A stretch of DNA of 64,000 bases from assembly GCF_009914755.1 (NCBI RefSeq), contig NC_060926.1. One strand, given 5' to 3'. Below the pieces are notes generated by a model, which saw nothing but the letters and a program-made list of their open reading frames with translations, did no database searches and had not been told where the DNA came from. The position numbers were made by a program, and so were the translations under genes. This document shows, piece by piece, positions 56,451-64,000 of the stretch (its first letter is position 1; each line of letters starts with the position of its first letter). This DNA comes from the human T2T-CHM13v2.0 reference genome, Homo sapiens.

Positions 56451-57959
56451 GAGTTCAGCAAGAAAGAAAACTTACATTTATGGAGTACATGTTATGTATA
56501 TATTATTATTGAGTTTGTTCCTCCCCCTGCCAAAAATAACCAATAACAAAAGGGTGGTACTATCATTTCCTTATTGGGAAAATTGAGACTAGATAATATT
56601 CAGGTAATTTGTCCAAGATTCTAGAAAGTTTTGGTTAAGGACTTAAGTGTGGGTTTGAGCCTAGGTCTGTTTGATTATCAAACCTGTTATTTACATTATC
56701 AATTATTCAACTCAGAGAGTCAATGAGAATAAAAGTAGATGGATATATTATATCCATGTATATTTCACCTCTTTTAATTCCTCTATGATAGTATTATTTC
56801 AGTTCAAGCTCCCTCAGACTAAAAAATGTTCATTATAAGAAAGTTATTTTTCATAAAATGTGTTGAATGATGTCTAACAGAGCTCATATGTCCCATATTT
56901 ATAAATCTTTACATATATATATCAATCTACACTGAAAGTCTGAAGAACATAACCATATTTCTCTCTTCATTAAATAAGAGAACAGAGGAATGTGAGTATT
57001 GAAGTAGAAGTGAGAGAGCAAATATTAAAAACCTATTAGTCCCTAGATTAAAATGAAAAATCTAGTATGACCTCCAATTAAAATGCTCGAATTTTAGCTA
57101 TTGAATATGGGAATCATTTATTAAAGTATGACCACCAAGGTCATAATAACCTCCCTTAAAATATAGTCCTTATAACTTGCATTTGGTTATGTAAGTGTAA
57201 AGTAATATTTAACCCACTTTTACACACTTATAACCATTATGAAATTTGAACTACTGACCTTAAGCAAATGGTCCATTATTAAATGCATTGTTAGAAAATG
57301 TCTTTGAAATGCAGACATCATCACAAGATAGGCAGCTAAATATTAAGATTGGGAGAGAGGATAATAGACACATAACATTCCAGGATTGCTAGGATTAAAT
57401 AGTATGTTATTCTTACCTGGACAATTTCACTTACCTGCAAAGATGGATGAGATCTAGGAAGCATAAGCTTCAAATAATTTGTTTTTCTTTCTTATAGCAA
57501 AGGATTTTCTTAGGTTTTATTACTGTAGTTTTTCCATATTGTTTCTTGCCTGTCCTTCTTTTTCTGAGATTAAATAAGAGTGATTAAAGAACTGGGCAGA
57601 AAATGTGAATGTCTGTGTTTTATTCTTAGATTACATTAAACTTTACATGCAATGACCTTAAATTGAAAAAAAAATCTCAAAAATAGTTAACTCTTTTTGC
57701 CTTAATTTAATAATCATATTCATCACCATAAGAGTAATCGTACATATCTAGTGAATAGATTCATCAGGAAATAATGACCTCTGAAGATATACATGCCCTC
57801 CAGGCTTTCCTATAGAGTAAATCTTTATGATAAAATTTCAATTATTTGAAAAAAAATTTACAATATGTCATTGGCATTAACTCATGGAAACATTTGTTTT
57901 TACCTATGAGCATTTTCAGTCTTTAATCTTACACAGACTTTTTTGGTGTGCTTGTTTGC

Positions 57960-60900
57960 TAATAAAATTAATTTACATTGTTAAGTACATTAGTATTTTC
58001 TTTGTTTTTAATTGCTGAGCAATGTTGCACATTACACATTTTAAACATGCATGTCCAGTCATCTGTTGACATATATTTGTGTTGTTTCCAGTTTGGATCT
58101 ATTATAGAAAGATTATAAATGGTCTAGTACAAGTCTTGGTGTGAGACAATTATTTTCATTTCCCTTAAATACATACTAGAAACAGAAAGCTTTTCCGGCA
58201 TTATACTTTTTCCTCTCACACTACTGATGTAGAGAATTCAGCCATCTCATATTCTCTTTAACATTTGCTGTTGCTTGTTTTAATTTATTTATTTTTAATC
58301 AATTAATTTTAGTGCCATTCTCGTGGGTGTGGAATGCTACCTGTGTTTTATTTGAATTTCCATTTGTTTAATTATGTTGAGATATTTTCGTGGTCTTAGT
58401 GATCAGTGGTATATCTTCTGTTGTGAAGTATTGGCTGAAGAAATTTGGCAATGTTTTTGTGCTACTAGTCATCTCATTATTGATTTGTATGTTTTTAAAA
58501 TATACTCTGGACAAACATATTTTAAGGTATATGTATTATGAATATTTTCAGTCAGTGGATTCCCTGTTTATTTTCTTAATGGTATCTTTGGATAAGGATG
58601 ATTATAAATTTTGATGAAGGCCTGTTTATCATTTGCTTTTCATTTATGGTTACAGTTTTATGTATTAGTCTAAAATATATTTGTCTACATTAATGTTACA
58701 AATATATTTCTCTATATTTTCTTCTAGAAGCACCACAGTTTGTGGTTCTATGCTTTTCTAGATTCCATTTTGAATTAATTTTGTTTTGCATATAGTATGA
58801 GAAAGGAGTTGAGTTTCAAATTTTTCCATGTACTTTTCCTGTTGTTCCAGCATCATTTGCTGAAAAGGGTAACTATACTCAATTAAGTTGCATTGGTCCT
58901 TTTACAAAGCATCAATTAACCAAATATCTGTGAGTCTATTTCTGAGATTTTTGTCTCCCACTCTTCTATGTCTATTTTTCTTTGGCCAGTGACATTCTGT
59001 CTTAGTAAATAAAACTTTACATTATGCCTTAAATCTATACAGTGTAAGTCCTTCAACTTTGTGTTTCTTTCTTAAGAAAGTTTTCACTATTCTACATAAT
59101 TTGCATTTTGTATTACTATTTACTTATCCATTTATACAAAAAGAAAGCCCGTTATAAATGTAATTAGAATTTTGTTGAATATATAGATCAATTTGCAGAT
59201 AATTGACAAACTATTAATATTCAGTCTTCCATCTAATGAATATTGTGATAGTTCTACTGATTTAGGTCTTCAGTGTTTTAGTAATTTTTGTAGGTTTTAG
59301 AAGAAAGGGCCTATATGTCTTTTGCTAAATGTATTCCTTAGTATTTTATATTTCTCTTTTTTTTGCTTTTGGAAATGGTGTTTTACATGTCGTTTTCCAA
59401 TTTTTTATAGTTAGTCTTTAGAAATATGACTGATTTATGTGTATTGATTTTATATTTTGCTTTGACCTTGCTAAGTTCCTTTTTCAGTCCTTTTATGTTG
59501 TTTTAACTTTTGTAAATTCCCGGAGATTCTCTAGATAAATAATCTTGTTACTCATGAATAAAAATGTTTTTAATTTTAAGTTTTCTTTTCAAAGTTTATG
59601 TCTTTTATTTCTCTTATTGTTGCATTGGCAAGAACTTCCAATAAAGTATTGAATAAAAGTTGTTTGAACAGCTATTCTTACCTTGTTCTTGAGTTCATGA
59701 AATCTTGTTTATCATGAGTTTTTTTGTTGCTCTAATTAATTACGATGTTAGTTACAAGTTTTTCTTAAGTGTTCTTTATCCATGTATCCATTTTTTAATG
59801 TTTGCTGCCTGCTTTTAAGCCTCATTCCTTCCTCTTTCCCACATCTTTCTCTCCCAACTCCTTATATTTATGATATAATTAATGATGGTTAATATATGAT
59901 TAATGATCTTTCCCACCTCTTTCCCTCCCAACTAACCTTATATTTTAATGATATTTGTATATACAGTAGTGAGATACATTGGTTTATTTTTTTCTCATAA
60001 AATGTTTCCTGGTTTTGGTAATAGAATAATGCTTGTCAAGAGATGACTTGGAAAGCATTCCCTCCTCTTCTATTTTCTGAAAGAGATCATGTATAATTAG
60101 CATTATTTCTTTCTTAAATCTTTGACAGTATTCATTAGTAAACCCCTGCAGCCTAATATCTTGTATTTTGAAAGATTTTAAACAACAAGTTTAATTTATT
60201 TAGTAGATAGCAGGGTCATTTATTGTATCTATTTTCATGAGGCAGTTTGGTAGTAGTAACTTACAAGGCCCATTTTAACAAAGTTATCAAATTTATGAGC
60301 ATAAAGTTGTTTTTAGTATGTCCCTATGATCCTCTTAATATCTGTGGCATCAGTAGTGAAACACCCCATTAACTCTTGGTATTTCTAAGTTGTATATTTT
60401 CCCTTTCTTTATATTAATGTGCCTAATATTTAATCAATTTCATTTACTATTTCAAAGCACCAGGCTTTAGTTTTAGTTTCATATATATTTTATTTATTTC
60501 TACTCTTATCTTTATTTTTACCTTCCAAATTTTTGGATTTAATTGGCTTATTTTATACAGTAATTTGTTAAGGTAGAAGTGAAATGGGATAGTTCCCTTG
60601 ATCTCTTCATGAGACTATGAAGCAAAGAGGTTGGCTTATTTACTTAGCTCATAGCTCTCAACACCTTGTGGGAGAGGGAGCATGCAGGTGAGCAGGTACA
60701 GAGGCTGATATGAGGGCTTCTTGGCAACTGGCAGGAGCAGAACTCTTTCAGGGCCTGCAGCAGCATCTGGAGGTTGCCCATGACACTTGGAGCCCCAGAG
60801 GGCATGCATTAGAGGGTGCTCTTTTAGCTTGCCATTCATGGATGGCTTAAGTGTTAAACAACTCAGTGGAGGGTCAATGGGACAGCCTCTTGCACCTGCA

Positions 60901-61859
60901 CCCAGGGCCTTGTCTGGCATCCAAGAAGAATCAGGTTGTGCAAATGAGTTGAAGAGTAGTGAATGTGGAGGATTTTGTTGAGCAGTGGATGTGGCTTTCA
61001 GTCGGATGGGGAGCTAGAAAGGGGATGGAGTGGGAAGGTGATCTTCTGCTGGAGGTCAGCCATCCCCAGCCAAACTCTTCTCCAAGGTTCTACCATCAAG
61101 CCATCCCTCTGAAATCAAGCTACTTCTCTCTAAGATCTGACTACTTCTCTTCTCTCCTTCTCTGCCACTCTGCCACTCTGTCACTCTGCTGGTGGGGTCT
61201 GGGGTTTTTATGAGTACAGGATGGGCATGGGGTGGGCCAGGGTGGTTTTGGAAAAGGCAACATTTGGGTGGGAAAACAGAAATGCATGTTCTCACTTTGG
61301 GCTGCAGGTCCAAGCTTAAGTGTGTGGCCCTCATTGAGGACCATCCTCTTCTCCTCGGTATTTCCCTACCTCCTGCCCGTATCAGAAGCTTATTTATATG
61401 ATGCATGTATTGCCTTATAAAACCAGTATTTGACTATATATATTTTCCTTTGCTTTAGATGTGTCCCCAAATTTGAAATTTTATGTTTTCTTAAAAATCT
61501 TATGGAAATCAAAGTACGTTCTAATTTATCATATGATTTCTTCTTTGTCACATGATGTATTTGAAACTGTGTGGTTTAATTTTCGTACACATTAGAACTT
61601 TCCAGATATCTTATAGATCTTTCTATGTTGATTTAAAACTTTATTCCATTCCATAAAACGTACAAGTTACTTTGATTTTTTGGTAGTTTGTTTTATTACA
61701 CAGAATATAGTTTATCGTGGTGAATCTACTATGTGAAAAAAGTAGATTTTCAGTTGTGTTTTTGCTCTCCTTTCCTATAAACATCAATTGGGTCATGTTG
61801 GTTGATGCTGTGGTCAAGATACTTACGTTATTAGAGATTTTCTTTCTACTTATTCTATC
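57960..61859 (-). mobile_element. Long decayed L1M (ORF2 + 3' UTR), interrupted by an ERV1 LTR
   Basis: gttgtttccagtttgg, ttgttccagcatcatttgctgaaaag, gcattccctcctcttctattttctg. Confidence 0.8.
60580..61384 (-). mobile_element. MER52/LTR27/LTR28-family ERV1 solo LTR
   Basis: Minus ends TGATACGGGCAGGAGGTAGGGAAATAC ... CAAGGGAACTATCCCATTTCA; 4-bp TSD GAAG on both sides. Confidence 0.88.
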
Positions 61860-64000
61860 TGTATTAGTCTGTTCTCACACTGCTATGAAGAAATAGCCAT
61901 GACTGGGTAATTTATAAAGAAAAAAGGTTCAATTGACTCCCAGTTCTGCATGGCTCAGGAAGCCTCAGGAAACTTACAGTCTTGGTAGAAGGCACCTCTT
62001 CACAGGACAGCAGGAGAGAGAATGAGTGTAAGCAGGAGAAATGCCAAATGCTTATAAAACCATCAGATCTTGTGAGACTCACTCATTATCATGAGAACAG
62101 GATGGGGGAACCACCCTTATGGTCCAGTGACCTCTTACCTTGTCCTGCCCTTGACACATGGAGATTATTGGAACTATAGTTCAAGATGACATTTGGATGG
62201 GGACACAGCCAACCATATCATTCTGCTCCTGATCCCTCCCGAATGTCATATCCTCACATAGCAAAACGCAATCATGCCTTTCCAACAGTACCCCAAAGTC
62301 TTAGCTCATTCCAGCTTTAACCCAAAAGTCCAGGTCCAAAGTTTCAACCGAGACAAGGCAAATCCCTTCCACCTATGAGCCTGTAAAATCAAGAACAAGT
62401 TAGTTACTTCCAAGATACAATGGGGGTGTAGGCATTGGGTAAATAAGCCCATTCCAAATGGGAGAAATTGGTCAAAACAAAGAGGCTATAGGCCCTATGA
62501 AAGTCCAAAATCCAATAGGACAGTTATTAAATCTTAAAGTTCCAAAATGATCTCCTTAGACCCCATGTCTCACATCCAGGTCATGCTGATACAATGGGTG
62601 GGCTCTCACGGCTTTGAGAAGTTATGTCCTTGTGACTTTGTAGGGTACATTCGTCCTCCTGGCTGCTTTCACAGGTTGGTGGTGAGTCTCTGTGGCTTTT
62701 CCAGGCACATGGTGCAAGCTGTCAGTTGTTCTACCATTCTGGGGTATGGAGGATGGTGGCCTTCTTCTCACAACTCCACTAGGTGGTGCCCCAGTAGGGA
62801 CTCTGTGTGGGGGCTCCAACCCCACATTTCCTTTCTGCACTGCCCTAGCAGGGGTTCTCCATGAGGACTTTGCCCCTGCAGCAAACATCTGCCTGGACAT
62901 CCAGGCATTTCCATCCATCTTCAAAATCTAGGCAGAGGTTCGCAAACAATGCTTCCTGACTTCTGTGCACCTGCAGGCCCAACAGTACATGGAAGCTCTG
63001 AAGCACCCTCCTGAAGCCACAGCCTGAGCTGTACCATGGCCCCTTTTAGCCATGGCTGGAGTGGCTGGGATGTAGGGCACCATGTAAGAGGCTGCACACA
63101 GCAGGGCATCCCTGGACCCAGCCCAGGAATCCGTTTTTCCCTTCTAGGCCTCTGGGCCTGTGATGGGAGGGGCTGCCATTAAATTCTCTGACATGACCTG
63201 GAGAGAGACATTTCCCCCATTGTCTTGATGACTAACATTCAGCTCCTCATTACTTATGCAAATTTCTGCAATTGGCTTGATTTTCTCCCCAGAAAATGGG
63301 CTTTTCTTTTCTATTGCATCATCAGGTTGCAAATATTTCAAACTTTAATGCTCTGCTTTCTTTTGAACACTTTGCCACTTAGACGTTTTTTTCCACCGGA
63401 TACCCTAAATCATCTCTCTCAATTCAAAGTTCCACAGATCCCTAGGGTAAGGGTAAAATGCCAGCAGTCTCTTTGCTAAAGCATGGATTGACCTTTGCTC
63501 CAGTTCCCAAGAAGTTCCTCATCTCCGTCTTGATCCCCTCAACCTGGACTTCATTGTCCACATCACTATCAGCATTTTGGTCAAAGCCATACAACAAGTC
63601 TCTAGGAAGTTACAGACTTTCCCACATCTTCTTGTCTTCTGAGTCCTCCAATTCTCTAGAAAGTTCCAAACCCTCCCACATTTTTCTGTCTTCTTCTGAG
63701 CCCTCCAAACAGTTCCACCCTCCCCCTGTTACCAAGTTCCAAAGTCACTTCCACATTTTTGGGCATCCTTATAGTAGTGCCCCATTCCCTTGGTACCAAT
63801 TTATTGCATTAGTCTGTTCTCACCCTGCTATGAAGAAATACCCAAGATTGGGTAATTTATAAAGGAAAGAGGTTTAATTGACTCACAGTTCAGCATGACT
63901 GGGATGATCTCAGGAAACTTATAATCATGGTGGAAGTCACCTCTGCACATGGCGGCAGGAGAGAGGATGACCTCAAGCAGGGGAAATGCCAGACCATCAT
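61860..64000 (-). mobile_element. THE1D MaLR: 3' LTR 61860-62220, internal 62221-63804, 5' LTR from 63805 past window end
   Basis: Both LTRs begin tg(t/c)attagtctgttctcac..ctgctatgaagaaata; ggcacctcttcacagg..caggagagagaatgag is THE1D-like. Confidence 0.9.

Noticed and set aside
63598-63710. ~55-bp tandem duplication in THE1 internal region
   Set aside because: I recall this duplication as a shared feature of THE1C/D internal sequences rather than locus-specific; not verified by alignment.

Overview
AT-rich catarrhine (probably human or other ape) intergenic or deep-intronic DNA. No host protein-coding exon, tRNA, rRNA or CpG island is supportable; the ORF track is explained by repeats and chance. 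The window is dominated by transposable elements: Alus (J, S, Y), young and old L1, L2/MIR, three MaLR elements with internal sequence (MSTA, MSTB2-like, THE1D), solo LTRs, DNA transposon relics (MER33, MER47B) and a 7SL RNA retrocopy. The main feature is a 5.9-kb minus-strand HERV-H provirus (49260-55183) with LTR7B-type LTRs, a perfect CTACC target-site duplication, a tRNA-His PBS and an intact major splice donor. Its pol region carries an unusual rearrangement: a perfect 14-bp fold-back hairpin followed directly by an ectopic ~230-bp copy of the RT motif-A region inside the integrase region. I do not see evidence for a wholly new biological system. Repeat subfamily calls come from remembered consensus sequences, not from a RepeatMasker run.
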